Assembly: GCF_002945325.1 (NCBI RefSeq)
Contig: NZ_CP026606.1
Span: 1,140,001 to 1,172,000 of the forward strand
Length of the DNA: 32,000 nt
Origin: Methanococcus maripaludis
GTDB taxonomy: Archaea; AGJL01; Methanococci; Methanococcales; Methanococcaceae
Direction of reading: 5' to 3'
Part shown: piece by piece, positions 20,643 to 30,835 of the stretch
How positions within the stretch are numbered: the first letter of the stretch is position 1
Layout of the letters: each line of letters begins with the position of its first letter
Position numbers and translations under genes: made by a program
Notes under the pieces: model-generated
Database searches by the model: none
The model's input: only the letters and a program-made list of their open reading frames with translations
What the model was told of the DNA's origin: nothing

Positions 20643-22265
20643 TTGAGCGACTATTCAGAATTTATACGTTGTATCATTTCTAATCTTTTAGTTGAAAAGG
20701 AAAAAATAAAAGATCTGGATCCAAAGAGGAAAAAACAAAAAGTGGAGGATATCAAGGCAAGATGTCTTCGTAAATTCGATTTAAACGTGGGATTTCCTCC
20801 AAATTCAGATATTATCAGTCAAGCTTCAGAAGAAGAAAAAAAGGAATTACTTCCACTTTTGAGAAAAAAACCAATAAGAACACTCTCAGGCGTTGCGGTT
20901 GTTGCAGTAATGACTTCCCCTGAACCATGTCCGCATGGAAAATGTTCATTCTGTCCCGGTGGAAAAGAAAGTAATTTTGGAGATGTTCCGCAAAGTTATA
21001 CTGGAAAAGAACCTGCGACAATGCGGGGAGTAATGTATAATTTTGATCCATACGTTCAAACAAGTGAAAGGCTTTCACAACTTGAAAAAGTGGGTCACCC
21101 AACAGACAAGGTAGAATTGATAATAATGGGCGGAACTTTTCCAGCAAGAGACATTGAATATCAAGAAAACTTCATAAAAAGATGTCTTGATGCAATGAAT
21201 GGCGAAGTTTCAGAAACACTTCAAAAAGCACAGGAAAAAAACGAAACTGCAAAGCACAGGTGTGTTGCACTTACTGTTGAAACAAGGCCTGATTATTGCA
21301 ATGAAAAAGAAATAAATGAAATGTTAAAATTAGGAACTACGAGAGTTGAACTTGGAATTCAAAGTACAAACGATGAAGTTTTAGAGTTTGTAAAAAGAGG
21401 ACACGGAACTGATGCGTCAATTAAAGCAACACAGCTTTTAAAGGACAGCGGATTGAAAGTTTCATACCACTTAATTCCTGGACTTCCAAAAACAACTCCA
21501 GAAATGGATAAAGAAACAATTAAAACAGTATTTGAAAATCCAAACTTCAAACCTGATTTGATTAAATTTTACCCCTGCCTTGTTATTCCTGGAACAGAAG
21601 TCTATGAATTATGGCAAAGTGGAGAATTTAACCCAATGACTGATGAAACGGCAGTAGAAGTTATCACCTATGGAAAATCAATCATGCCAAAATGGGTCAG
21701 GACTTCAAGAATTCAAAGAGATATTCCTGTAACCGTAATTGATGCGGGAGTTAAGAAAAGTAACCTTGGAGAACTCGTTTACAATAATTTGGAAGAAGAA
21801 GGAATAAAATGTAAATGTATAAGGTGCAGGGAAGTAGGCCACGTTACATACAAAAAAGGAATAAAACCGGATTTAGAAAGTATCAAATTATGCAGGGAAG
21901 ATTACGAAGCAAGTGGTGGAAAAGAGATATTTTTATCATTTGAAGATACTAAAAATGATCTTTTGATAGGTTATTTAAGACTTAGAATACCAAATAATCC
22001 ATTTAGAAAAGAAATAACCGATAAATCTGCACTTATAAGGCAGGTTCATGTTTGTGGACAGCAGAAAGAACTTGAAGGTAGCTCAAAAGAACTTTCGTGG
22101 CAGCACAAAGGCTACGGCAGACTTTTAATTGACGAAGCTGAGAAAATCGCAAGAGAGTTCAATAAAGATCAAATATTAATCAATAGCGGAATAGGTGTTC
22201 GAGAATACTATAAAAAACTTGGATACAAAAGAGTCGGTCCGTATATGGGTAAAATTCTTAAATAA
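20643..22265 (+). CDS. elp3: Elp3-like radical SAM / GNAT tRNA U34 carboxymethyltransferase
   Basis: Radical-SAM region CPHGKCSFCPGG, ETRPDYCNE, and C-terminal GNAT domain HKGYGRLLIDEAEKIAREFN...GVREYYKKLGY. TTG start at 20643. Confidence 0.94.
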   Translation: MSDYSEFIRCIISNLLVEKEKIKDLDPKRKKQKVEDIKARCLRKFDLNVGFPPNSDIISQASEEEKKELLPLLRKKPIRTLSGVAVVAVMTSPEPCPHGKCSFCPGGKESNFGDVPQSYTGKEPATMRGVMYNFDPYVQTSERLSQLEKVGHPTDKVELIIMGGTFPARDIEYQENFIKRCLDAMNGEVSETLQKAQEKNETAKHRCVALTVETRPDYCNEKEINEMLKLGTTRVELGIQSTNDEVLEFVKRGHGTDASIKATQLLKDSGLKVSYHLIPGLPKTTPEMDKETIKTVFENPNFKPDLIKFYPCLVIPGTEVYELWQSGEFNPMTDETAVEVITYGKSIMPKWVRTSRIQRDIPVTVIDAGVKKSNLGELVYNNLEEEGIKCKCIRCREVGHVTYKKGIKPDLESIKLCREDYEASGGKEIFLSFEDTKNDLLIGYLRLRIPNNPFRKEITDKSALIRQVHVCGQQKELEGSSKELSWQHKGYGRLLIDEAEKIAREFNKDQILINSGIGVREYYKKLGYKRVGPYMGKILK

Positions 22266-22280
22266 TTTTTCTTTTTTAAA

Positions 22281-22436
22281 TTAGTGTAAGAATAGAGATG
22301 CAATAACTACTACGTTGAAAGCGTAAGCTGCGTATTTTATGGCATTGTTTCCGCGGTATGGTCTTTTAAGGTCGTTTGAAATTTCATCGATTTCATTGAA
22401 GTCTAATTCTTGGGTTTTAACTTTTGTATTTATCAT
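22281..22436 (-). CDS. Small putative single-pass membrane protein, 51 aa (not in supplied ORF track)
   Basis: Manual translation: MINTKVKTQELDFNEIDEISNDLKRPYRGNNAIKYAAYAFNVVVIASLFLH*. Shine-Dalgarno AGGTGA lies 5 nt upstream of the ATG. Hydrophobic C-terminal helix. Confidence 0.7.
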   Translation of the reverse strand: MINTKVKTQELDFNEIDEISNDLKRPYRGNNAIKYAAYAFNVVVIASLFLH

Positions 22437-22556
22437 AATTTCACCTGTTGTTAGCTATTACTATGAAATACTCCCTATATATAGCTATTTGCTCATTATA
22501 AATCGTGATAGATGTTTTTAATTAAAAATAATGACAGATTATCCGTCTTTATTATA

Positions 22557-22568
22557 ATTATCGATAAT
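22557..22568. promoter_or_regulatory. Perfect 12-bp palindrome ATTATCGATAAT upstream of the bioW TATA-like element (candidate operator)
   Basis: Sequence read directly. A TATA-like tttatattta follows at about 22589, and the bioW ATG is at 22622. Confidence 0.35.
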
Positions 22569-22621
22569 GATAAATACAAAAAAACTGATTTATATTTAAA
22601 GAAAAATTAAGAGATTAAAAA

Positions 22622-23356
22622 ATGTTTAGTTTAAAAATGAGAGCTTCAAGCAATGGAAATCACGTTTCAGGGGCTGAAAGGTTAGTTAATGAAGAAAAAA
22701 TTGAAGAAATTTCTTCAGAATTGATAAAACGTGCAATGAATCACGAAAATGGGGTTCCCGATTTTATAAATTTGAAAGTGGAAAAAGTCACTGAAAAGAT
22801 AAATTACATTGAGCACCTCAAAATAAAAACGGTTAATTCAAACTCAAAAGAAAAGTCTAGAGAATTTGCAAGAGATATCTTGAAAAAAGAGTTAGAAAAA
22901 TATTTTTTGAAGAATGAAAAAGATACTGAAAAAATTGATGAATTGATTGACTCTGCATTTAAAATAATTGATGCAGGAAATATGCGGGGAGCCGCAATTT
23001 TAGATTTAGATGGAAACCGGCTTGAAAAAAGTTCAGATCGAGGAATTAGGGTAAGAAATATTGATACAGCTGAAGAATTATCTAAAAAAATTTTAAAAGA
23101 TGATTCGTTAACCGAAAGAACTGTTGATGCAATTGCAATTGCAACAAAAGTTGTAAACTGTGACATTATTGCAGAACTCTGTACCTCTGATAACTTTTCT
23201 TATACAACAGGTTACGTTGCAACTAAGGAAGGATACTTTAGAATATTAAATCTTAAAGATAGCGGCCAGGTTGGGGGACGGGTATTCTTTGCTGAAAATT
23301 CTGATATCGATGAACTCTACGATAAACTTGAAAATATGCCCGTGATTGTTTATTAG
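22622..23356 (+). CDS. bioW: 6-carboxyhexanoate--CoA ligase (pimeloyl-CoA synthase)
   Basis: [70 protein letters not shown]. Lies directly upstream of bioF. Confidence 0.92.
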   Translation: MFSLKMRASSNGNHVSGAERLVNEEKIEEISSELIKRAMNHENGVPDFINLKVEKVTEKINYIEHLKIKTVNSNSKEKSREFARDILKKELEKYFLKNEKDTEKIDELIDSAFKIIDAGNMRGAAILDLDGNRLEKSSDRGIRVRNIDTAEELSKKILKDDSLTERTVDAIAIATKVVNCDIIAELCTSDNFSYTTGYVATKEGYFRILNLKDSGQVGGRVFFAENSDIDELYDKLENMPVIVY

Positions 23357-23364
23357 GTGTTTTT

Positions 23365-24477
23365 ATGTTTAGGGAAAACTTAAAAAAAGAGCTTGATTTG
23401 ATAAAAAATCAAAATCTATATCGAAAATTAAAATTAGAAGATAATATTCGTTTAAACTTTTCTAAAAACGATTATTTGGGACTTTCAAAAAACAATGAAG
23501 TAATTAACGCATACAATGATGGACTGAACTATGGGGCCGGTGCAACTGGCTCAAGGCTTACTTCTGGAAACATAAACCACGAAGAACTTGAAGAAACAAT
23601 TTCTGAATTTAAGAAAACTGAAAAATCATTAGTTTATTCTTCAGGATATGGTACAAATTTAGGTGTTATAAGTTCGCTCTGTAAAAAAGGAGATTTGGTA
23701 TTAAGCGATGAATTAAACCATGCATCCATAGTTGATGGAATAAGACTTTCAAGATCTGACAAAAAAATTTACTCCCACAATAACATGCAGGAGTTAATAG
23801 AAATTTTAGAAAATAGCAGAAATTACGAAAATAAATTTATTGTATCTGATGCAGTTTTCAGCATGGATGGAGATATTGCGCCAGTAGACGAATTAAAAAA
23901 AATAGCGGATGAATATAACGCGGTATTAATACTTGATGATGCACATGGAACAGGTGTTTTAGGAAATGGAAAAGGAACACTTCACCATTTTAAAATAAAA
24001 CCAACGGACAATATTATTCAAATTGGAACCCTTTCAAAAGCAGTCGGAACGGTCGGCGGATTTGTATGTGGAATCGAAGAATTAATCGATTATTTAATAA
24101 ACACATCCCGAAGTTTTATTTATTCAACGGCTCTTCCTCCTGCAGTAATTTCTGCAAGTATTAAATCCTTTGAATTAATTAAATCTGGTGAATTAACTGC
24201 CAAATTATCCAAAAATATCAATACTGCAAATAAAATTTTCAAATCATCAGGGTTTATCGAAGAAGAAAAGATTACTCCGATATATCCGTTTATATTTGGT
24301 AAAGACTCGATAAAAATTTCAGAAGAACTTTTAAAATACAAAATATTCTGTGTTGGGATTCGCTACCCCACAGTTAAAAGAGGTTTTGAAAGAATACGGC
24401 TGAGTATAACCGCAGAAAATAAAAAGGAAGATTTTGAATATTTGTGTGAATGTATTTCAAAAATAAAAAATGGGTGA
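23365..24477 (+). CDS. bioF: 8-amino-7-oxononanoate synthase
   Basis: NFSKNDYLGLSKN, GAGATGSRLTSGNINHEELE, VLDDAHGTGVLGNGKG, PLP-lysine context IIQIGTLSKAVGTVGGFVCG. Confidence 0.95.
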   Translation: MFRENLKKELDLIKNQNLYRKLKLEDNIRLNFSKNDYLGLSKNNEVINAYNDGLNYGAGATGSRLTSGNINHEELEETISEFKKTEKSLVYSSGYGTNLGVISSLCKKGDLVLSDELNHASIVDGIRLSRSDKKIYSHNNMQELIEILENSRNYENKFIVSDAVFSMDGDIAPVDELKKIADEYNAVLILDDAHGTGVLGNGKGTLHHFKIKPTDNIIQIGTLSKAVGTVGGFVCGIEELIDYLINTSRSFIYSTALPPAVISASIKSFELIKSGELTAKLSKNINTANKIFKSSGFIEEEKITPIYPFIFGKDSIKISEELLKYKIFCVGIRYPTVKRGFERIRLSITAENKKEDFEYLCECISKIKNG

Positions 24478-24482
24478 TTTAA

Positions 24483-25112
<630 letters not shown>

Positions 25113-25123
25113 ATTCAAAATAA

Positions 25124-25420
25124 TTATTTTTTTAAACTTTCTAAATTTTTTCTTATTTCGCAAATTTTGTTAAGTAGTAATTCTCTATCTTTTTTGGAAA
25201 TTTCTTTTTTAAAAAGTTCAAATACCAGTTTTTCTTTTTGAATGTCGATTAAATTTAGAATTAAATCAATTTCAAAATCTGTTTTAGTTTCTTCAATTAT
25301 TTTTTGCCATTTTTCTCCAATTTCATCAATTTTAGATTCGATTTCTATCTTTTCAGTTCCTTTAATTATGGTTAACTGTTTTTTAAGGTAATTTACGTTA
25401 CATTTTTTATTGATCATCAT
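25124..25420 (-). CDS. Hypothetical protein, 98 aa, charged/coiled-coil
   Basis: MMINKKCNVNYLKKQLTIIKGTEKIEIESKIDEIGEKWQ...NLESLKK; occupies the gap between bioD and the next gene. Confidence 0.55.
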   Translation of the reverse strand: MMINKKCNVNYLKKQLTIIKGTEKIEIESKIDEIGEKWQKIIEETKTDFEIDLILNLIDIQKEKLVFELFKKEISKKDRELLLNKICEIRKNLESLKK

Positions 25421-25442
25421 TTTAAAACCAGCAACATGATAT

Positions 25443-26444
25443 ATGGGTATATATAATTATTATCAAGATTACACAAAAGTTATATTTATTGGGTTGCCCG
25501 GTGATACTTTGGATAGTACATTAATTGCAGGCGCTTTTTACAGCTCTTTTTTGTATACTGTGAGGATTTCTGTAGTTGTACTGTTAACCATTTACATTGT
25601 AAATTATTTTGTGAATCGGGGGCTTTTGGAAAAAATTTCAAATTATGCATCCCCAGTAACCAAAAAACTTAATTTAAACAGCTTTTTAGTTTCATCAATA
25701 CTCGTTTCCTTTTTCAGCCCCACTGTTGGTTACACCATGCTTGCAGATGGGATAACTGAAAAAGAATTAACACAAACAGAAGTTTTGGCAGGAACATTGG
25801 CAAATTCGTTTCCTGCAGTACTCTCACACGTTTTAACGTATTATATTCCTGTAGTAATACCAATTTTAGGGTATACTGGAATAATTTATGTAATTTTAAG
25901 GCTTTCGATTGCATTTACAAAAAGTATATTGGGATTATTCATTTTATTAATAATTTCAAGAAAAAATATTGGAAAAATAAAAAGCCGTGGAAGTAAAATA
26001 AATAATAAAATTAGTCCTTTTGAAAAGACATTTAAATTTGCAAGAAGATTTGTTCCGATAATGTTTATTTCAATGTTTTTGGTACTTTACTTGTCAAAAA
26101 TAGGATTTTTCGATGTTTTTTCCACAATTGTAATGCCTGTAACGAATATTTTTAATTTAAATCCAAATACTGGAATTTTGGCAATAACAGAGATAATAAA
26201 TGTTTCAGCTGCAATGGTGATGGCAGGAACATTCTTAAATGAAGCCTCATTAACTCAAAATGAAGTTTTAATTGGCCTTATATTTGGAAATATTGTGGCA
26301 TTTTCTACAAGATCGGTAAAACATTCGATTCCACTTCATTTTTCATTATTTGGTTCTAAAATGGGTACAAAAGTAATAATTTTAAATTCAGGAGTTACAA
26401 TAATTTTAGATATCCTGATAATAGGTTTTTTAATTATGATTTAG
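25443..26444 (+). CDS. Nucleoside-recognition (Gate) domain-like integral membrane protein
   Basis: 333 aa with about 8 hydrophobic segments; PTVGYTMLADGITEKELTQTEVLAGTLANSFPAVLSHV and VTNIFNLNPNTGILAITEIINVSAAMVMAGTFL. Confidence 0.65.
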   Translation: MGIYNYYQDYTKVIFIGLPGDTLDSTLIAGAFYSSFLYTVRISVVVLLTIYIVNYFVNRGLLEKISNYASPVTKKLNLNSFLVSSILVSFFSPTVGYTMLADGITEKELTQTEVLAGTLANSFPAVLSHVLTYYIPVVIPILGYTGIIYVILRLSIAFTKSILGLFILLIISRKNIGKIKSRGSKINNKISPFEKTFKFARRFVPIMFISMFLVLYLSKIGFFDVFSTIVMPVTNIFNLNPNTGILAITEIINVSAAMVMAGTFLNEASLTQNEVLIGLIFGNIVAFSTRSVKHSIPLHFSLFGSKMGTKVIILNSGVTIILDILIIGFLIMI

Positions 26445-26452
26445 GTGTTTTT

Positions 26453-27208
26453 ATGAATTTAGCGGATTTTAAGTATATCGACTCACACTGTCATGTTGAA
26501 GATAAATCGCTCAATAAATATCGTGAAGATATCGTAAATAGGGCGTTTGACAAAAAAGTGCAGATGGTAACAAGCGGTACAAATTTAGGTAGCTGCAGGA
26601 GAGCAGTTGAATTAAAAGAGAAATATGGAATTTACGTAACTTTAGGATATCACCCTGGAAGAGTTAATGCGGATGATAATGCAATTGAAAAAGTTTATAA
26701 TTTTATTCAGTCAAAAGAAAAAGAAATTTTAGCAGTTGGGGAAATTGGGCTTGATTTTGATGCAGAAAATATTGAAAGGCAGGAAAATATATTTAAAAAG
26801 TTCATAAAACTTGCAGAAGAAGTAAATAAGCCTGTAGTAATTCATGCAAGGGGCATGGAAGAGCGTTCTTACGAGATTTTAAAGAATGACGTGATTTCAA
26901 TGTATCACTGCTACAGCGGTTCGCTAGAACTTGCAAAAGAACTAATCGAAAACGGTAATTTTATTTCATATTCTACACTGGTATGCTTTTCAGAACACCA
27001 CAAAAATCTCGTTAAAAATCTAGGTCTCGAAAATGTCGTTGTTGAAACAGATAGTCCCTACCTTTCGCCTATAAAAGGTGAGAAAAACGAGCCAAAAAAT
27101 GTAATAAAAGTTATTGAAACGATATGGGAATTAAAAAAGGATGAATACGCTTTAGATGAAATCACTAAAATTATATACAATAACACAAAGAGGTTATATC
27201 GTATCTGA
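26453..27208 (+). CDS. TatD-family metal-dependent hydrolase / DNase
   Basis: YIDSHCHVEDKSL, AVGEIGLDFD, PVVIHARG, YHCYSGSLELAKELIENGNFISYS, VVVETDSPYLSP. Confidence 0.93.
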   Translation: MNLADFKYIDSHCHVEDKSLNKYREDIVNRAFDKKVQMVTSGTNLGSCRRAVELKEKYGIYVTLGYHPGRVNADDNAIEKVYNFIQSKEKEILAVGEIGLDFDAENIERQENIFKKFIKLAEEVNKPVVIHARGMEERSYEILKNDVISMYHCYSGSLELAKELIENGNFISYSTLVCFSEHHKNLVKNLGLENVVVETDSPYLSPIKGEKNEPKNVIKVIETIWELKKDEYALDEITKIIYNNTKRLYRI

Positions 27209-27215
27209 GGGTGAT

Positions 27216-27527
27216 ATGATGGTAAAATTTACTGCAAAATTGATATCGATTATAACCGTGGAAGAAGCACTGAATTCCGAAGTTTCGGGAACTGTTCGTG
27301 TTAGGGCTTCTCATGATGATAGGGAACTTGACCCAAATCAAAATGTGGCAATACTTAATATTGAAGGAACTACCAGTTACCAAGCTTACTTTGTAGATCC
27401 TGATACTGACATTGAGAAGATAAAGGCAGATCTGGAAAAATACGGTGCAGTATTGAACCACAATTCAGAAGAAATAATTAAAAAATATGTAGAGAGGATG
27501 AATAATGAAGGATGCCAAGGGGATTGA
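27216..27527 (+). CDS. Conserved-looking methanogen hypothetical protein, about 103 aa
   Basis: M(M)VKFTAKLISIITVEEALNSEVSG...; AGGGTGAT upstream. Overlaps the next ORF by 23 nt. The track start at 27156 extends into tatD. Confidence 0.7.
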   Translation: MMVKFTAKLISIITVEEALNSEVSGTVRVRASHDDRELDPNQNVAILNIEGTTSYQAYFVDPDTDIEKIKADLEKYGAVLNHNSEEIIKKYVERMNNEGCQGD

Positions 27528-28038
27528 TAAACAATGGGTAATACTAAACGAACTGGCATCAAAGATTTCTAAAGTTCGGCCACTTCCTGAGGATGTTTAT
27601 TCAAAACTCAGGATTGCAAACAACATCATTACTTACTATTTACTTGATGAACACGCAGATTTTGAAGTTTTAAGGGATGCTGAAAAAGAAATTTCTAAAA
27701 TACAAGTAATACTGTTTGGATTAGCTGATCCTGGTACTTCAAAAGAATATCTGATCAAAATGGGTCAGGCATTACGAAATGAAATTAATCTTGAATTCCC
27801 ACTGAAACAGACTTCATTTAATACTGAAGTTAAACGAAAAAAGGGTTCTGAGACAATAAGAATAACTATGCCAGTAGAAGTTCAAATAGAGGTTCTTGGT
27901 GAACTCAGTGAACATAACGGAGTAATATTTGAATTAAGTCAGGATGATGAACAAAAAATCCTTGTAGAAGGGGTAAAAGAGCGAATAACTTCTGCATTAA
28001 AAGATTTTTCAGTAATCTGGAAATTTCAGGATAACTAA
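27505..28038 (+). CDS. Conserved-looking methanogen hypothetical protein, 177 aa
   Basis: MKDAKGIDKQWVILNELASKISKVRPLPEDVYSK...; apparent translational coupling to the upstream ORF. Confidence 0.7.
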   Translation: MKDAKGIDKQWVILNELASKISKVRPLPEDVYSKLRIANNIITYYLLDEHADFEVLRDAEKEISKIQVILFGLADPGTSKEYLIKMGQALRNEINLEFPLKQTSFNTEVKRKKGSETIRITMPVEVQIEVLGELSEHNGVIFELSQDDEQKILVEGVKERITSALKDFSVIWKFQDN

Positions 28039-28124
28039 CTTTTTTTATTTTTTTTATATGTTATAACTCATAAATTTAAATTTATAAATATTATTTTCTA
28101 AAAATAAAAGAAGAAACAAATTAA

Positions 28125-29084
28125 TTAAATTAATTTGTTTAATGGGTGTTCTGCAACAGGCACTGTTCCCATTTCTTTTGCTGTTTCTGCGATGATCATA
28201 TCGGTCATTGCAACTGCAGGGAATGCAAGTTCAGCATTGTCGATTGGACCGTATAAAACGTAGTCACCTGACGTCATTGTCTGTACAATGTTTGCACCAA
28301 TGTCACATACGTGGTGTACGTCTTTTGCGATCTGATCTTTTCCTTCTTCTCTTAATCCTTTTCTGAATTCTCTAAGCCAGTCCCATGCGGAAGGTACGTT
28401 GTGAATACCGCTACCTACTGGTAAACCGAGTTTTGCTTTAACTGCGAAAGCAGCTCTAACAGCGTGACCTGCACCGTTACCCATTGGGGTTACTGCAACG
28501 TCGATGAGTGGGTATTTAATACCTGCTTTTTCTGCAAGTTCTAACATACCGATGTCTTTTGTTTTACCACCATCGTTTAATACGTTTAACTTACCTCCAA
28601 CGGATGGGTCCATTGGGTCGAAACATAAAACGATTGAAGCTTCAACATCACTGTTTGTTAAGTTTTCAATTTCTTCGTCTTCTGCAGCAACGTTGATTGA
28701 GTTGTAGATACACTGGTTTGCGTATCCTGCTTCTGTAGCTCTGTTTGCAGCAGCCATTCTTGCTTTACCGGATGTTGAGTCGAGTAACATTGGACCCTCC
28801 CATACTTCGGAAACAAAATCAATGTAGTTAACTAAAGCTTCTTCAGTACCACCGAAAACTTGCACGAATGCTGAATTTCCTGTGATGTCTTGCATTTCAG
28901 CTTGTTTGTTGATTAAAGCTTCAGCAGCTTTTTTATCGAAGATACCTTTTTTAGCATCTTCTACAATTTTGTGTCTTGAATAGAAAATTGTACCTGATAA
29001 TGCGGTTGGGTATTCTCCTGGTTGTCCACCGAATTTTGCACCAGCGAACTCAATGACCATTTGTTCTTTGTCAAATCTAAACAT
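28125..29084 (-). CDS. mtrH: Tetrahydromethanopterin S-methyltransferase subunit H
   Basis: MFRFDKEQMVIEFAGAKFGGQPGEYPTALSGTIFYSRHKIV...; last recognised gene of the mtr operon. Confidence 0.96.
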   Translation of the reverse strand: MFRFDKEQMVIEFAGAKFGGQPGEYPTALSGTIFYSRHKIVEDAKKGIFDKKAAEALINKQAEMQDITGNSAFVQVFGGTEEALVNYIDFVSEVWEGPMLLDSTSGKARMAAANRATEAGYANQCIYNSINVAAEDEEIENLTNSDVEASIVLCFDPMDPSVGGKLNVLNDGGKTKDIGMLELAEKAGIKYPLIDVAVTPMGNGAGHAVRAAFAVKAKLGLPVGSGIHNVPSAWDWLREFRKGLREEGKDQIAKDVHHVCDIGANIVQTMTSGDYVLYGPIDNAELAFPAVAMTDMIIAETAKEMGTVPVAEHPLNKLI

Positions 29085-29108
29085 TATTCCACCTCTGTTT
29101 AGGCTCTC

Positions 29109-29333
29109 TTATTTTATTAAGTCAAATAATGGTAAAACGGTTCCTAGAACATATACAAATATAAATCCTATTGCGAGTCCGTATGCAATACCTACGTCTC
29201 TTCCTGCCTTTTTACCGGTTCTCTGGATTATTTCAGCGTTGGTATTTTCAACGGTGTTTTCGATTTCATCGAGTTTTGCTTGAAGTCTTTTGTAGTCTTT
29301 TGTTGGTGTGACTACTGTTGGAATTTCAGACAT
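29109..29333 (-). CDS. mtrG: Tetrahydromethanopterin S-methyltransferase subunit G
   Basis: MSEIPTVVTPTKDYKRLQAKLDEIENTVENTNAEIIQRTGKKAGRDVGIAYGLAIGFIFVY; single TM helix and operon position. Confidence 0.94.
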   Translation of the reverse strand: MSEIPTVVTPTKDYKRLQAKLDEIENTVENTNAEIIQRTGKKAGRDVGIAYGLAIGFIFVYVLGTVLPLFDLIK

Positions 29334-29337
29334 TTAC

Positions 29338-29550
29338 TCACCCCATTAAGAATTTTAAAGCTATTGGGATTGCAACTAATGCGACAGCAAATACTGAACC
29401 GTACATTAATCCTGTAACGGTTTCAGTTTGAACACCGGAAGCTAATCCAATGTCTCTTGTCATCAATCCTACTTTGTAATCCAATGCTTCATTTAATGAT
29501 TTCATTGATTCAATGTCTGGCTCTGCTACAGTAGGGATACCTTCAATCAT
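29338..29550 (-). CDS. mtrF: Probable stand-alone MtrF by internal initiation, 70 aa
   Basis: Internal GAAGGAGGCCTCATGATTGAAGG: strong AGGAGG 4 nt before ATG 29550, in frame with the fusion. Confidence 0.6.
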   Translation of the reverse strand: MIEGIPTVAEPDIESMKSLNEALDYKVGLMTRDIGLASGVQTETVTGLMYGSVFAVALVAIPIALKFLMG

Positions 29551-30099
29551 GAGGCCTCCTTCTTCCTCACCAGCAGCAGCTGCGCCACCTTCTAATTCAA
29601 TAACCATAGGATCTTCTTCAAATGCTCCTGGGTCTTTTGAGATACAGTTTTTGATTGCATCTGAAATTTTTCCAGTGTCTTCAACATCGATTAAATCAAT
29701 GCATTCAACGATTTGGCTTTGAAGTCTTCCAACTGGTTCTGTTCCTACATTTTCCATGAAAGGAATAGCTCCTTTAGCTCCGATGATACCACCATCGTCA
29801 CCAATTCCGTTTTCATATAATGCTTTGATACATTGTCCAGTAATGTGTCCTTGAACTTCTGATCCAGTAATTACCATAAATCTAATGTTCGGGTTTGAAA
29901 TGTAGTTTGCAACAACTTTTTCAATTCCTAAGTTTTCTGTGTGGCATGGTCCTGAAATAGCTGCACCAGCGTCAATTGCAGCCTGGTCCAAACCGTGGGA
30001 ACCGAGTGTAACTACTGCAACACAGCTTTCAGGGTTACCCACTACGTATTCACCGTTAGCAACAGGCCATCCTGCTGCGGGGGCTTTTTTATCTGCCAT
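29338..30099 (-). CDS. MtrA corrinoid-domain / MtrF fusion protein (second MtrA copy fused to MtrF)
   Basis: Residues 1-177 are identical to the adjacent mtrA; they continue in frame into [70 protein letters not shown] (MtrF). Start set at ATG 30099 after GGAGGAGGTG; the track start at 30108 falls in the Shine-Dalgarno region. Confidence 0.9.
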   Translation of the reverse strand: MADKKAPAAGWPVANGEYVVGNPESCVAVVTLGSHGLDQAAIDAGAAISGPCHTENLGIEKVVANYISNPNIRFMVITGSEVQGHITGQCIKALYENGIGDDGGIIGAKGAIPFMENVGTEPVGRLQSQIVECIDLIDVEDTGKISDAIKNCISKDPGAFEEDPMVIELEGGAAAAGEEEGGLMIEGIPTVAEPDIESMKSLNEALDYKVGLMTRDIGLASGVQTETVTGLMYGSVFAVALVAIPIALKFLMG

Positions 30100-30113
30100 T
30101 GTCTGCACCTCCT
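29567..30113. repeat. Tandem near-identical repeat, copy 2 (inside the mtrA'-mtrF fusion)
   Basis: 547 bp aligned by eye to 30303-30849 at a constant offset of 736 bp, with a single mismatch (30079 g vs 30815 t). Confidence 0.95.
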
Positions 30114-30115
30114 CC

Positions 30116-30835
30116 TTAGAGTAATGAGAATATCACAATTGAAAGGAACAATCCTATTGCAATACCTTGGATTTTTCCGTTGTAGTATCCTGAGTTAAAT
30201 TTAGCAATCATTGCAGCTTCATTCATTTTTTCGGAGACAATTCTCATTCTAGCTTCTAATAACGCCATTTCAGGTGAAGTAGGTTTAATTGAAGTGGATT
30301 CTTCACCAGCAGCAGCTGCGCCACCTTCTAATTCAATAACCATAGGATCTTCTTCAAATGCTCCTGGGTCTTTTGAGATACAGTTTTTGATTGCATCTGA
30401 AATTTTTCCAGTGTCTTCAACATCGATTAAATCAATGCATTCAACGATTTGGCTTTGAAGTCTTCCAACTGGTTCTGTTCCTACATTTTCCATGAAAGGA
30501 ATAGCTCCTTTAGCTCCGATGATACCACCATCGTCACCAATTCCGTTTTCATATAATGCTTTGATACATTGTCCAGTAATGTGTCCTTGAACTTCTGATC
30601 CAGTAATTACCATAAATCTAATGTTCGGGTTTGAAATGTAGTTTGCAACAACTTTTTCAATTCCTAAGTTTTCTGTGTGGCATGGTCCTGAAATAGCTGC
30701 ACCAGCGTCAATTGCAGCCTGGTCCAAACCGTGGGAACCGAGTGTAACTACTGCAACACAGCTTTCAGGGTTACCCACTACGTATTCACCGTTAGCAACA
30801 GGCCATCCTGCTGCTGGGGCTTTTTTATCTGCCAT
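30116..30835 (-). CDS. mtrA: Tetrahydromethanopterin S-methyltransferase subunit A (canonical, C-terminal TM anchored), 239 aa
   Basis: [35 protein letters not shown]...[19 protein letters not shown]...-type MtrA with C-terminal helix [20 protein letters not shown]. Confidence 0.95.
   Translation of the reverse strand: MADKKAPAAGWPVANGEYVVGNPESCVAVVTLGSHGLDQAAIDAGAAISGPCHTENLGIEKVVANYISNPNIRFMVITGSEVQGHITGQCIKALYENGIGDDGGIIGAKGAIPFMENVGTEPVGRLQSQIVECIDLIDVEDTGKISDAIKNCISKDPGAFEEDPMVIELEGGAAAAGEESTSIKPTSPEMALLEARMRIVSEKMNEAAMIAKFNSGYYNGKIQGIAIGLFLSIVIFSLL

Noticed and set aside
20815-21147. 110-aa minus ORF opposite elp3
   Set aside because: Antisense to the radical SAM domain of elp3, no start context or motif.
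30100-30108. Upstream MQTM start of the MtrA fusion (and the equivalent at 30836-30844)
   Set aside because: The ATG lies within or just next to the GGAGGTG Shine-Dalgarno; the downstream ATG (MADKK) has proper spacing.
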